Shown: positions 10,521-21,208, counted from the stretch's first letter. The stretch is 38,510 nt of DNA from Octopus sinensis (GCF_006345805.1 NW_021835850.1:1-38510); one strand, 5' to 3'. Program-made: numbers and translations. Notes: generated from the letters alone by a model not told the origin.

Positions 10521-10964
10521 AAACGCACGATAATGCTAATAATATAGCCTGAATTGGATAAGCTACCCCTATTTTGCAGAAAAAAGTGTTGGCGGCTGGC
10601 TATGAGACGCGTACTCACACCTCTGTGATTACGCTTTGCGGTGCTCTAAAGCTTTAAGCTAAACCGCCCACACGACACATTCTTCTGCAAATTTAAGTTA
10701 TGTAGAAATCTCGCTTTATGAGACGCTATCATACGTTAAATTCAAATTAACGTAAACAAACAAACGAAATTTGCATTAGAAGCGTTGAAATGTTTTACAA
10801 AGTTAAAGAAGTGATTTTAAATTCTCAAACGCAGGATCATGCTAATAATATAACCTGAACAGGCTTCACGGGCTATTTTTATCACTTCTTTACCTTTCTA
10901 AGACATCTCAACGCTTCTAAAGAAAACTTCGTTTGTTTGTTTACGTTCATCGTAATTTGAATTT
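10521..10964. repeat. Diverged repeat with ~80-bp inverted arms (10738-10815 / 10881-10964) and a ~35-bp direct repeat (10521, 10828)
   Basis: AACGTAAACAAACAAACGAA...TAGAAGCGTTGA pairs with TCAACGCTTCTA...TTCGTTTGTTTGTTTACGTT. AAACGCA(C/G)GAT(A/C)ATGCTAATAATATA(G/A)CCTGAA occurs twice. Confidence 0.7.
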
Positions 10965-11256
10965 AATATATATTTGTATTTTGCATATGGCAAATGCCTA
11001 ACATTTAAGTCTAAACACTAAGGGAATCCTATGAATATTAATACAAAAATTGCCAGAAAATGCATGCATTTATATTACAAATATTATTTAATAATATCTT
11101 ATGGATGTGATAAGGTAATCCCATAAACATACATGCCATGACGAAACATATGTAGCAATGCAAAAATACAAAACCTTAAATTTTTGAAATATTTCTCGTT
11201 GTATATGTATATATATATATATTATATATTATATATATATATATACACTTTTATTA

Positions 11257-11360
11257 TTTTACTTGTTTCAGTCAGATGATTGTAGCCATGCTGGAGCGCT
11301 GTCTTGCAGGGTTTTTAGTCGAACAATTTGACCTCAGGACTTCATATTTTAAAACCGTAG
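11257..11360 (-). mobile_element. SINE family A 3' fragment
   Basis: TTTTACTTGTTTCAGTCA...GCCATGCTGGAGC...TTTAGTCGA matches the family A tail in reverse. Confidence 0.75.
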
Positions 11361-12011
11361 TACACAAGCGATGTAGGGGACAAACGCAAGCACAAGAGCA
11401 CACACATAGATATACACATACATAAATACAACTTTTCTCAAATCCGCTACCCACAATACAGACAGTTACAGGTCAGTGAACACATAGAAAGGTGTGTTAG
11501 GAACCTTAATCCTAACTTCCAAATGTTCCCTTTATATCAATGTTCACAGAACACCTCAGTTCAGTAAAGAAAGAACAAAGATGCAACTTTCATCAATAAA
11601 TATTATCCACAACTCAACATCAACACATAACATAGTATAGAACACTCCTAACCTTACCATTAATACCACTAATTCCCATACATTCCATACACCATTCATA
11701 TTACAGTATTACACCTAACCTAATTGCACCATGTCCAGAACTACTTACCTCCCTTGCATATATTCTTTTTATACAGGGATTCAAAGCCAGTGAACAGCAA
11801 TTGAAGAAACCAGTATGACTTTGAATCCCTTTAAAAATTCAAAATAATGACTTTTATTCCTCTTAATTCTACCTCCGTTCATCTAATTGCATGGCATTAT
11901 TTTTTTTAATATCCAATGAGCATTTTTGGTTTTTTTCTTCTTACTTTCCCCATATATCTATCACGTGTTGTTTATTTTTCTCTTTGAAACCTATTTCTAT
12001 TATAGATATAT

Positions 12012-12167
12012 ATGACGAGCTTCTTTCAGTTTCTGTCAACAAACTCTAGTCACAAAGCTTTGGTCGGCTCGAGGCTGTAGTAGAAGACATTTGCCTAAAG
12101 GGTAAAGCAGTGGGACCGTCCACGGGACCATGTGCTTGGGAAGCAAGCGTCTTACCATACAGCCATG
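12012..12167 (-). mobile_element. SINE family A 5' half, diverged
   Basis: TTCTTTCAGTTTCTGTC...GCTTTGGTCGGCTCGAGGCTGTAGTAGAAGACA...CTTACCATACAGCCA. Confidence 0.8.
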
Positions 12168-12197
12168 CAAACACACGCATGATCAACACATTTTTAT

Positions 12198-12635
12198 ATG
12201 TATGTATATATGTCTGTCTGTCTGTGTGTATGTATGCATGCATGTATGTATGCATGTATGCACGCATGTATGTATGTATGTATGTATGTATGTATGTATG
12301 TATGTATGTATGAATGTATGTATATATGTCTGTCTGTCTGTGTGTATGTATGTATGTATGTATGTATGCATGCACGTATGTATGTATGTATGTATGTATG
12401 TATGTATGCATGTATGTATGTACAAATGTATGTCTGTCTGTATGTATGTATGTATGCACGCATGTATGTATGTATGTATGCATGCATGTATGTATGTATG
12501 TATGTATGCATGCATGTATGTATGTATGCATGCATGCATGCATGTATGTATGTATGTATGTATGTATGTATGTATGTATGTATGTATGTATGAATGTATG
12601 TATATATGTATATATGTATGTATGTATGAATGTAT
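12198..12635. repeat. Long compound (TATG)n/(CATG)/(TCTG) microsatellite
   Basis: Visible directly. It is the source of ORFs 12046..12684. Confidence 0.95.
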
Positions 12636-12828
12636 GCGTCTTCCACTGATGAACTATTGTCACTCAGCCTGCAATTTCACTTGAAACACTCATTGCAGAA
12701 TCCAAGAATAACTAAAATAAGAAAATCTCCAAAGGAAGAAAATTATATATACTATTAGATCATCGAATATGAAATTTGTGTAAAGAAATAAATGTTTGCT
12801 AATATTTTATAAATACAAGGAATAGAGA

Positions 12829-13158
12829 ACTACTAGCAAACAGTGGTACCGGTGAGCGCACTCGCGTACTCGCGCTAGCTAGCTATGACAAGTCGATCCT
12901 TACTTTGTATTTTTGTGTTATTTACTTTGTTTAAAAAATTATTTACTTTGTGTAAAAAAATTATTTAATTACTTTGTTTAACAAAAAATAATTACTTCAT
13001 GTAAAAAAATTATTTAATTACTTTGTGTAAAAAAATTATCTATTTTGTGTTTTATTTACTTTGCTACGTAGACGTTGTAGGATCGACTAGTCACGACTAG
13101 CTAGCGCGGATGCGCGAGTGCGCGAGAGCGCTCACCAGGACCACTGTTCGCTAGTAGT
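12829..13158. mobile_element. MITE with GC-rich ~72-80-bp imperfect TIRs and AT-rich core
   Basis: ACTACTAGCAAACAGTGGT...GTCGATCCT (12829-12900) pairs with AGGATCGAC...ACCACTGTTCGCTAGTAGT (13079-13158). A 10/11 direct repeat AC(A/C)AGGAATAG flanks it (12815, 13159). Confidence 0.8.
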
Positions 13159-13262
13159 ACCAGGAATAGTTTTACAGTTCTATATTTAAGAGACGAGGAA
13201 TTATGTACACTGTTTACATTATTTACATTTGACGGATATTTTTCCTCATCCTGTTTTTTGTT

Positions 13263-13308
13263 AACGCAACGTTTCGGCTGCTATAACCTCCAGCCTTCAT
13301 CAGGTGTC
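13263..13308 (-). ncRNA. Minimal type-I hammerhead ribozyme (intact core) in a Penelope pseudo-LTR-like repeat (~13195-13335)
   Basis: Minus strand reads GACAC-CTGATGA-A-GGCTG-GAGGTTATAG-CAGCC-GAAACGTT-GCGTT: intact CUGAUGA and GAAA, 5-bp stem II, palindromic AACGUU stem III, GUU site, stem I pairing at 4/5 positions. Confidence 0.75.
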
Positions 13309-13737
13309 TTGGGGAAATGTCGAACCTGTGCCTCATTTGTAAATGGACTAGTGTTGATTGTATCCTTAAATCCTTTAAAATGTTTTAGCCCGAAGGCCGC
13401 GGCCATGCTGGGGCACCACCGCTGATATTGAATATTGAATATTTGAATATTGAATATATTGAATATTTTATTGTATATTATTGTATGTTATTATTTGTAA
13501 TGAACTATTATTAAGTCCAATAATTGTAAAAACTGTAGTGAGAGGTTCAATACCTCGTTTTGTCTTTCCTCTGTTGGAAGAAAGAAGTATAATGTTTTAG
13601 AGAAGCAAAAAATAAGCGGGCGTTTTTTGTCTTCTCCCATCAATAACATCCTTTTTTCAGCATTCACCTCATCGGTGTATGTGTGCAACCCGCAAGCTAC
13701 TCTTTGCAATGCCTTTATGGCAAATCTTAATGAAATA

Positions 13738-13878
13738 AAGTAGCTTGGTTACCGACCACATGGCTCCAGGTCCAGTCTCAGTGCGTGGCACCTTGGGCAA
13801 GTGTCTTCTACTATAACCTCGGCCCGACCAAAGCCTTGGGAGTGGATTTGGTAGACGGAAACTGAAAGAAGCCCGCCG

Positions 13879-13937
<59 letters not shown>

Positions 13938-14101
13938 TTGTCCCGCAGCCTCGCTTGACAACTGATGCTGGTGTGTTTACGTCCCCGTAACTAATCGGTT
14001 TTGTAAAAACACCGATAGAGTACGTCCTGGGACGATTTGCTCGACTAAAGGCGGTGATCCAGCATGGCTGTAGTCAAATGACTGAAACAAGTAAAAGAAT
14101 A
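13738..14101 (+). mobile_element. SINE family A, near full length with internal (TA)/(TG) tract
   Basis: GTAGCTTGGTTACCGACC...CACCTTGGGCAAGTGTCTTC...GAAACTGAAAGAAGCCCG, then microsatellite, then GCTTGACAAC...GACTGAAACAAGTAAAAGAAT. Confidence 0.88.
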
Positions 14102-14109
14102 ACAAATAT

Positions 14110-15690
14110 CTACAGATATAACATCCAGGTCATTTAAATGCTTCGTCAAAAAATAAAAATAACCTTGTTCACACAGAAAGATTAAAGATAAATCTTAAAA
14201 TTTCACCTAACTGTAGTCTCATTCATTCCTGCGAAACATGATTTTGGTCTGGTCCGCAAAATGATGTTAGATAAAATTAAAACTGACACAAAAAGTATAT
14301 AAGTTTAAATCTGGGGAAAAACCGATGTGTTAGTCGTTAATTGTTTAAAATCGTGAAACACAGAAGCAAAGGAAATTTAGTCAATTCGATATCATTGATT
14401 ATTACTATTCCATAACCCAGGATAATAAGTAAGAATGTGAACTAACAAAACACAAAAGCGATCTACATTTGGACTATTCATGAGAGGATATTCATTATTT
14501 TCTAGTAAAGGTACTTTCTTTGAAAGAATAATGAAAGGTGTGCTTTTTATGTACCCATGGGTCGCTCTATCAACGCAGAATTGTGCGAGCTGGTAGTTTT
14601 GTTCTTTCTGTACTAAATGAATATCATTCTTAATTCTGTTAATGTAGGACTGCACAGGGATGACGTGCTCATTAGTTTGAAAAACGCAAGCGGAGCACCG
14701 ATAGTTCTCTCGAGAAATGCGTAATTATGACGTTCACTGAATTTCGTATGAGGTTGCTAAAGGAATAGAAATTTAGAAAATTAACATTCCTGGATATTAC
14801 GCCTAAACTAAACACGAAGCTGTTGGAGCCCTTTAAGAAAAACAGCAGCACTTCATTATCTACGACAATCAATTTAACCATGTATTTAAAGTTAAGAATG
14901 AATCAATGAGATAATCAGAGCTCAATTAGAGGGTAGCTCGACCTTCAGCAACGCATTTGAGCCATAATAAGATATTACCACGTATTCAGGAACAAGAAAT
15001 AAAAAAAGTATTCACTCTGAAACAACCGGGCTAAATTACAATTATAACATGCATTATATAATATACAGTATTGGTTTAAAATGCAGTGTTGAAATAAACT
15101 TATCACGAACAACCTAAAATTTCATGTGATTTACAACGAAAACAATATTAAGGCAAATTACAGCCAGAAAAAAATTATTCTAGCATCAAAATACATGGTG
15201 CAAACTAAACGTAGATCAAAGGAAGCCAACATGCAATTAACGAGGTACAAAATTTTATATCCTTTAAAAGGATCTAAGGAATGCATCGCATGATTCTCAA
15301 AAGATATTTCAAAGTTAAAAGACAAATGAGAAACCACCAGCCTCTTATGAGCAGTGTTAAATACGGCACAGGCAGTTTAAAGAACTTTTAAGTCCAGCTA
15401 GCTCGGGTTCGCTGCGATAAGTTGCCTCATCCTAGCCTAAAGTTAAAAAGCATCAACTAGTTTACACTTACAGTCATATGTCCACATCCATTTTTATTTA
15501 TAATGTGAAAGAGGGCCCATTGCATGACAAACAGTAACCAAAAATCTTCATTGGTTACTCATTCTATGTTTTAAACTTGTCGGATATGCTTGCTGGATCA
15601 GTAAAATGAGTCTTCTCTTGCATACAGTTGTTGCTCCTATAGCTAGCAGAATTTGTCAAGAACTCTGTGCATTGTCGAAAATGGTTTGCT
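14110..15690 (+). mobile_element. Heavily degraded Penelope-like retroelement (RT + GIY-YIG)
   Basis: Motifs in order across frames: KHDFGLVRKMMLDKI, QFDIIDYYYSI (14382), PMGRSINAELCELV (14554), GLHRDD (14647), FLDIT (14787), HVIYNENNIKANYS, YPLKG, CRICLL (15578), EFVK..HCRK. Confidence 0.78.
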
Positions 15691-15765
15691 TAATAGAATT
15701 ATTGTAGACATGCTCTTATTGATTGTGTGTAGAGGTGTGTGTGTATATATGTACATACATACATG

Positions 15766-15813
<48 letters not shown>

Positions 15814-15820
<7 letters not shown>

Positions 15821-16090
15821 AATCAGAAAAAAACACCTTTTATCAATTCAAAATGAAAAATTAAATTACACCATCTAGAAAATTACATATAATAGAAAGA
15901 TTAAATATAAGATAAATAATAAATAAAACGCATATATTTGGTACGTTTTATTTATTATTTTGCACATTAATTAATCATCGTTATTTTTTATCTTATATTT
16001 AATTTTCCTCTTATATGTAATTTTCTAGATGGTGTAATTTAATTTTTCATTTTGAATTGATAAAAGGTGGGTCTTTTCTAATTTATATAT
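15814..16090. repeat. Foldback element: ~100-bp inverted arms with nested 17-bp hairpin
   Basis: 15834-15892 is the perfect reverse complement of 16011-16069 (59 bp). Inner AAATAATAAATAAAACG / CGTTTTATTTATTATTT (15914-15930 / 15944-15960). Confidence 0.88.
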
Positions 16091-16262
16091 ATTTTATATT
16101 TTGTAAAATTTGATTTAGTATTTCTAAATTGAATTTTTCCCTGTAAGTTTGGAAAAATATTCCCTCATATATATATATGTATATATATATATATGCATAC
16201 ATGTATGTATATATATGTATATACATACTTACCTATATGCATATACATATACATATATATAT

Positions 16263-16319
<57 letters not shown>

Positions 16320-16404
16320 ATAATAATATATATATATATATATATATGTATAACATGGAGGCAATTTACACATCGTACCCTGTATATATATATATATATA
16401 TATA

Positions 16405-16561
16405 CTTTATTTAAAGCAGCAGAAAATTCAACAAAACCTGTTACTCTGAGTTTCCCGTTGCCGTTCATCGGACAGTTTTTGCTAGAAAAACTGTCCGATG
16501 AACGGCAACGGGAAACTCAGAGTAACACGTTTTGTTGACTTTTCTGCTGCTTTAAATAAAG
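16405..16561. repeat. Near-perfect palindrome (76-bp arms, 5-bp spacer) carrying a hammerhead-like fold on each strand
   Basis: 16405-16480 vs 16486-16561 differ at 2 positions, with spacer GCTAG. Each arm reads CTGT-CCGATGA-ACGGCAACGG-GAAACTCAGAGTA-ACA(C/G). Confidence 0.9.
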
Positions 16562-16632
16562 CATATTACTCTACCACTGGTATTTGAGTACTCTTTTTTT
16601 CACCTTGTTTCACATTGATGCGTTTACTCCGG

Positions 16633-16668
<36 letters not shown>

Positions 16669-16929
16669 ATATATGGAGTCGCAATGGCTCAGTGGTTAAA
16701 ATGTATTCATTTTTCTTCAAATCTCAAAAAGGTAGGCCGCAATAAGGATAGAGTGTCGTCAGATGGAGCGATTCTGGGTTTCAGTGTTCCGCATTTATAT
16801 CTCAGTTCCAGCCATATTGAGGGTTGGCAGCTGGAAAGGATGTAAAATAAAGAATGGAATCAACCCAGTAAGCATTCTGAAAACTGTCGAAGACGAGCCT
16901 GAAAGCAGAAAGTAGAAAGATCTAGCTGA

Positions 16930-17130
16930 AACATGATCACTTTCTCTTAGGGACTTCAAAAGCCTGGAAAGTCTCCACCAACAAATGCTGAATGCGGTCT
17001 GAACGACTAGGTAGCCAATGGTGTCATTCTAAAAAAGGCAAACGACTGGAGTTTAGATTCTGGCAGCTACGATGGTCAGGACCGGTGATTAGAATATCAA
17101 ATCCTCGTCAGATTCTCTTCAATGAACTAC
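16930..17130 (+). mobile_element. Degraded RTE-clade LINE ORF2 3' fragment
   Basis: KSLESLHQQ, VANGVILKKA and QLRWSGPVIRISNPRQILFNEL resemble the RTE C-terminal LE.FH / V.N..VL..A / LRW.GHV.RM..P..IL..EL motifs. Confidence 0.65.
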
Positions 17131-17561
17131 TTCTTAATATGCTCATTATATAAATGTAGACCTCTTATGTAGACACATCTCAATCCTATATTATACTGAG
17201 AAAATTATTTGAGACTATCTGTAAACAGATTATATACTACCCAGCTTTCATGTCCAATTTTTCTCCCGTTCCCTTCAAATATACAAAGGCATTTATTCAC
17301 TGCTTACTTAACATTACATTTGAGATATGATCGGCAATTAAATAAAATATATTTTCTGACTCACCTAGGCTGGAACTAATGTACGCATATTTATTCTCTG
17401 CCACATTTTCGCACAATATAATTCAAACGTTCATGTCAGAAGTCATTAAGCTGAAAACATTAAATCCAAAATCAATATATTGGCGCATTTGGTTTTGTCT
17501 ATAAATTGCAAACACGTATTCTCCATTTTCTCCTCTGTTAACTAACAAACTTAATAACATA

Positions 17562-17609
17562 TGTGTGTGTGTGTGTGTGGTGTGTGTGTGTGTGTGTGTG
17601 TGTGAGTGA

Positions 17610-17664
<55 letters not shown>

Positions 17665-17730
17665 TGAGTGAGTGAGTGTGTATGTGTGTGTGTGTGTGAG
17701 TGAGTGTGTATGTGTGTGTGTGTGTGTGTG
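17562..17730. repeat. (TG)n/(TGAG)n microsatellite
   Basis: Visible directly. Confidence 0.95.
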
Positions 17731-18026
17731 TACAATTATATGTAAGTGTATATATATATATATATAAATATATATATATGTCTTGCAAACAACTTGCACA
17801 TGCAAGTGCTACCAGTTAAAGGCTCCGTATATCGGAAGCTAGCAAGTGTATGGGGTCATCAGGAGAGAATGCGCGCCGTTTCTGGGCCTTCCTCTCGACG
17901 GCATCAATGCGCACCGGCCCACCTCACTGATATGAGGTCCCGCTTGCTAGATCAGCTGGTTATGAAGAACTCAATATACTTCTAGCCATCGTCTCTTTTT
18001 AACCAAATCCAGTGGCTATATATATA

Positions 18027-18300
18027 TCTTATTATAAAAGGCAGATTTTATCTGCCTCCCTTTGGGAGTTATAGAAATCTACAATATAGGATTTCTTCAA
18101 TTACAATTTACCTAGCATTTTTGAGAGTACAATGCATCGCGTCATGCCAGGTCCAGTTTTTAAAATTTAAACTCCAATTAAGCAAAATTTACAGAAAACT
18201 CACATTCTGGTGTGTGTGTCAAATGCTTTTCTTAGTCTGGTTTACACCACACGCAAACGCACACACACAGTGGGCAACGAATAAAATGAAAGTAAATAGC
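18027..18300 (+). mobile_element. Possible Helitron-type 5' portion
   Basis: Starts A|TCTTATTATAAAAG. TTATAGAAATCTACAAT resembles TTATACAAATCCACAAT at ~19813. No 3' CTAG end found; the right boundary is a guess. Confidence 0.4.
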
Positions 18301-18459
18301 GATAGAGTGATTTGAGGAAGACTAAAGTGAAAGTATTCTGTCTATGACGCTGATAGATACATGAGTAAAATGTATGGGAAGCTAAGAGCTAAGAGTGAGT
18401 GAAAATGTTCTTGGAAGAGAGTAATTAGTAATAAAGTAAACATACACTCATACATACAT

Positions 18460-18499
<40 letters not shown>

Positions 18500-18518
18500 A
18501 CATACATACATACATACA

Positions 18519-18550
<32 letters not shown>

Positions 18551-18759
18551 CATACATACACACACACACATACACACACACACAGTATTGAAGCTTGAGA
18601 ACAATCAGATACATTTGCAACACATCTGTTGAAAATATTATTGTTCACACACATACATATACATATATACATACAGACAGACAGACAGATAGACACACAC
18701 ACACACACACATGATCCAGCATGGCCACAACCTCAAGCTGAAACATATAAAACATAACA

Positions 18760-19125
18760 GAATATAAATGTGTGCAAAGTACAAGAAATATTAATGCAGT
18801 ATATGGGGATTGGACAATAAGCGTAAGGCAGTGTCAATGGTGGTTCCAGAAATCCCGAGCCATAAACTACAGCCTAGAAGACGAGCCTCATCCTGTAAGA
18901 TCTGTAGAACTCGACAAGGACATCCTGAAAACCCTGGTGGAACAAAATATCATCGTAACTGTTGAGGAACTAGCAGAGAAGCTTGGATTTGGTCATTCAA
19001 CCATTCATTGACACCTGTGTGCTATCGGAAAAGTCAGCAAATTGGGTCAATGGGTTCCTCACGAACTTTCCGAGTCTAATTGCATGCAGAGAGTGAATGT
19101 ATGCTTTTCTTTGCTGTCATATCTC
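18760..19125 (+). mobile_element. Mariner transposase N-terminal fragment (HTH domains + WVPHEL), pseudogene
   Basis: ORF 18772..19011 reads ...ISVRQCQWWFQK..SLEDEP...VTVEELAEKLGFGHSTIH*. It continues in frame as HLCAIGKVSKLGQWVPHELS (WVPHEL at 19051). Confidence 0.9.
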
Positions 19126-19146
19126 ACCACTACTGCGCTATGTATA

Positions 19147-19778
19147 TCTATATATATAAAACTGTAGTTGTGTGAGTGTCTGTCCCCTTCGATTTAGATT
19201 CCTAACTACTCCCACATTTTGCGGTACAGTTTAACCAAATTCGGGTAGCTTATAGTCGTGATTCATATCGAGCCCGTCTGAATATTAGCGCGCGTCTACG
19301 ATGAGTCTACGATTTTTAAAATAATTTAACATCATTTTTTATTCCATTTTAATGCATAATTTTTCGTGTGTCGATGGCGGCGGAGTTGGCGTCCACGCTC
19401 ACACCTGCACCTGTGGGGAAGGGAGTGTAAGGAAATCAACGTCGTAATGCGTTGTCAAGGAGACCAGTGTTCTTTTAGAACAACGACTTATGGCTTGAAG
19501 ACACCAAAACAGAAATGGCAAGAAAGCGTCTACATGAGTCTACGATTTAAAAAAAAATTTACCATCGTTTTTTTTCCATTTTAATGCATTTTTTCGCTAT
19601 TATATAAGGGAAGTAACTCTAAAAATGTCTACGATGAGTCAACGATTTAAAAAAAAATTACCATCATATTTTTTCCATTTTTAATGCATTTTTTGCTATT
19701 TTTGGGCTATAACTCTCTAAAAATGCTTATATAGTTATTTCCCTTACAAAACCGAGCAACGCCGGGCGATACTGCTAG
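19147..19778 (+). mobile_element. Non-autonomous Helitron, complete, copy 2 (with internal duplications)
   Basis: Same A|TC 5' end, GAGCAACGCCGGGCG hairpin and CTAG|T 3' end as 8865-9377. The CGTCTAC(G)ATGAGTC(T/A)ACGATTT block is present three times. Confidence 0.88.
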
Positions 19779-20090
19779 TATATATATAAACGGCAAAATG
19801 TATGTCTGTGTCCTTTATACAAATCCACAATTTTTCAGTTAGAGGGCTCGCACTTTCTATGGTCATTCAAAACCGTCCAAGAATGGCCGTGCACATCTTT
19901 ACATTTCCCCATTTACCCAACAATGCCATTAAAAAATCTATAGAAGTGATATTTTTGTGAATTTTCTATCCAAAACCCAATCAAAATGCCCGAAACTTGA
20001 TACGCCAATTGAATGCCAGCTAGGTGTATGTGATTGGTCGGAGATTTGGACAGTACTCGCGTGAATGTGTGCAAGCACGCAGCTGTATAT
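19779..20090 (+). mobile_element. Second Helitron-like family, 5' portion, directly abutting copy 2
   Basis: Begins TATATATATAAACGGC immediately after CTAG, a TC-less version of the TCTATATATATAAA start. No 3' terminus seen. Confidence 0.45.
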
Positions 20091-20147
20091 GCATGCACTA
20101 GCACTATGACCCTGCAACACCGGATCATAGTGCTAGTGCATGCATAT
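20087..20147. repeat. Perfect 23-bp hairpin with 15-nt loop
   Basis: ATATGCATGCACTAGCACTATGA / TCATAGTGCTAGTGCATGCATAT. Confidence 0.92.
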
Positions 20148-20181
20148 TAGAGAAGGTTTGGAGATTATGTACAGGTATTTT

Positions 20182-20418
20182 ATATTAGAAGAAATGAGGT
20201 ACTCAGAAATCTGGATGGTTTTTATATGTACAGATATTTATTAGTATGTTACATGTTTTTATAAATCATATATCATATATAATAGCGCTTTCCTCCAGTC
20301 TAGTGGAGTTATCGGCGAAAGTGCTAATATGTGATATATGATTTATAAAATCATGTAACATACTAATAAATATCAGTAAATATAAAACCATCCAGATTTA
20401 CCTCATTTCTTCTAATAT
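20182..20418. repeat. Foldback element with ~90-97-bp inverted arms and structured spacer
   Basis: ATATTAGAAGAAATGAGGTA...TTTTATAAATCATATATCA pairs with TGATATATGATTTATAAAA...TACCTCATTTCTTCTAATAT. The spacer extends pairing through TAGCGCTTTC/GAAAGTGCTA. Confidence 0.88.
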
Positions 20419-20816
20419 ATGTATATATATATATATGTTACACAGTATAAACATGGACATGTTCCCAAACACACAGACGCACGCACGCACACACACATGC
20501 ACGCACACACACACACACTCACACACACACACTGATCAAGGGATTCTCTCCAAAATTGAATGTTTAAAAGAAAATGAGAGACAGTAGATTTCTCGAAGGA
20601 GAAAAAGAAAGAAAGAGGAAAAGAGAAGGAAAGAGGAGAGAGAATAAAAAAGATAGGGGAAGAAGAAAGAAACAATGCAAAAAGACTTTCAGTGATGACC
20701 AGACTACACTTTTTTAAGAGGTTACCATCCTTAAAATCATTCCAGTATAATGGTAAAATATTATATTAGATAAATGAATGGTGAATAGGAAGGGGGATCC
20801 TCCTTTTCTCCCAACC

Positions 20817-20817
<1 letters not shown>

Positions 20818-20886
<69 letters not shown>
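20818..20886. repeat. (TATC)n microsatellite
   Basis: Visible directly. Confidence 0.95.
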
Positions 20887-20889
<3 letters not shown>

Positions 20890-21052
20890 TTTTAAATTTT
20901 ATTTTATCCCCCCCCTTTTTTGTCCTCTTTCTTTCCATTTACGATTCCTTTTGATCGAAAACCAAACCCCCTTCTTTCACCCCCAGAAGAAAAGCTCTAC
21001 CATGCAATTTTGTCCTGTCTGTGTGCAGCCCTGTGTGGCTAATAAAGAAACA

Positions 21053-21054
<2 letters not shown>

Positions 21055-21114
<60 letters not shown>

Positions 21115-21208
21115 CCTACCTACCTACCTACCTACCTACCTATCTATCTATCTATCTATCTTTCTATCTATCTATCTATCTATCACCCTATCTCTATCTA
21201 TCTATCTA

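Noticed and set aside
12046-12684. Long ORFs of 111-205 aa (HTYI/MYVC repeats)
   Set aside because: They are read-throughs of the (TATG)n microsatellite. The same applies to the ORFs at 6672-7006, 16149-16538, 17423-17805, 26331-26727, 27831-28115 and 33627-34193.
17780-18000. Continuation of the RTE fragment (3' end)
   Set aside because: GC-rich and ending in CCATCGTCTC as some RTE tails do, but no convincing protein motif was recovered.
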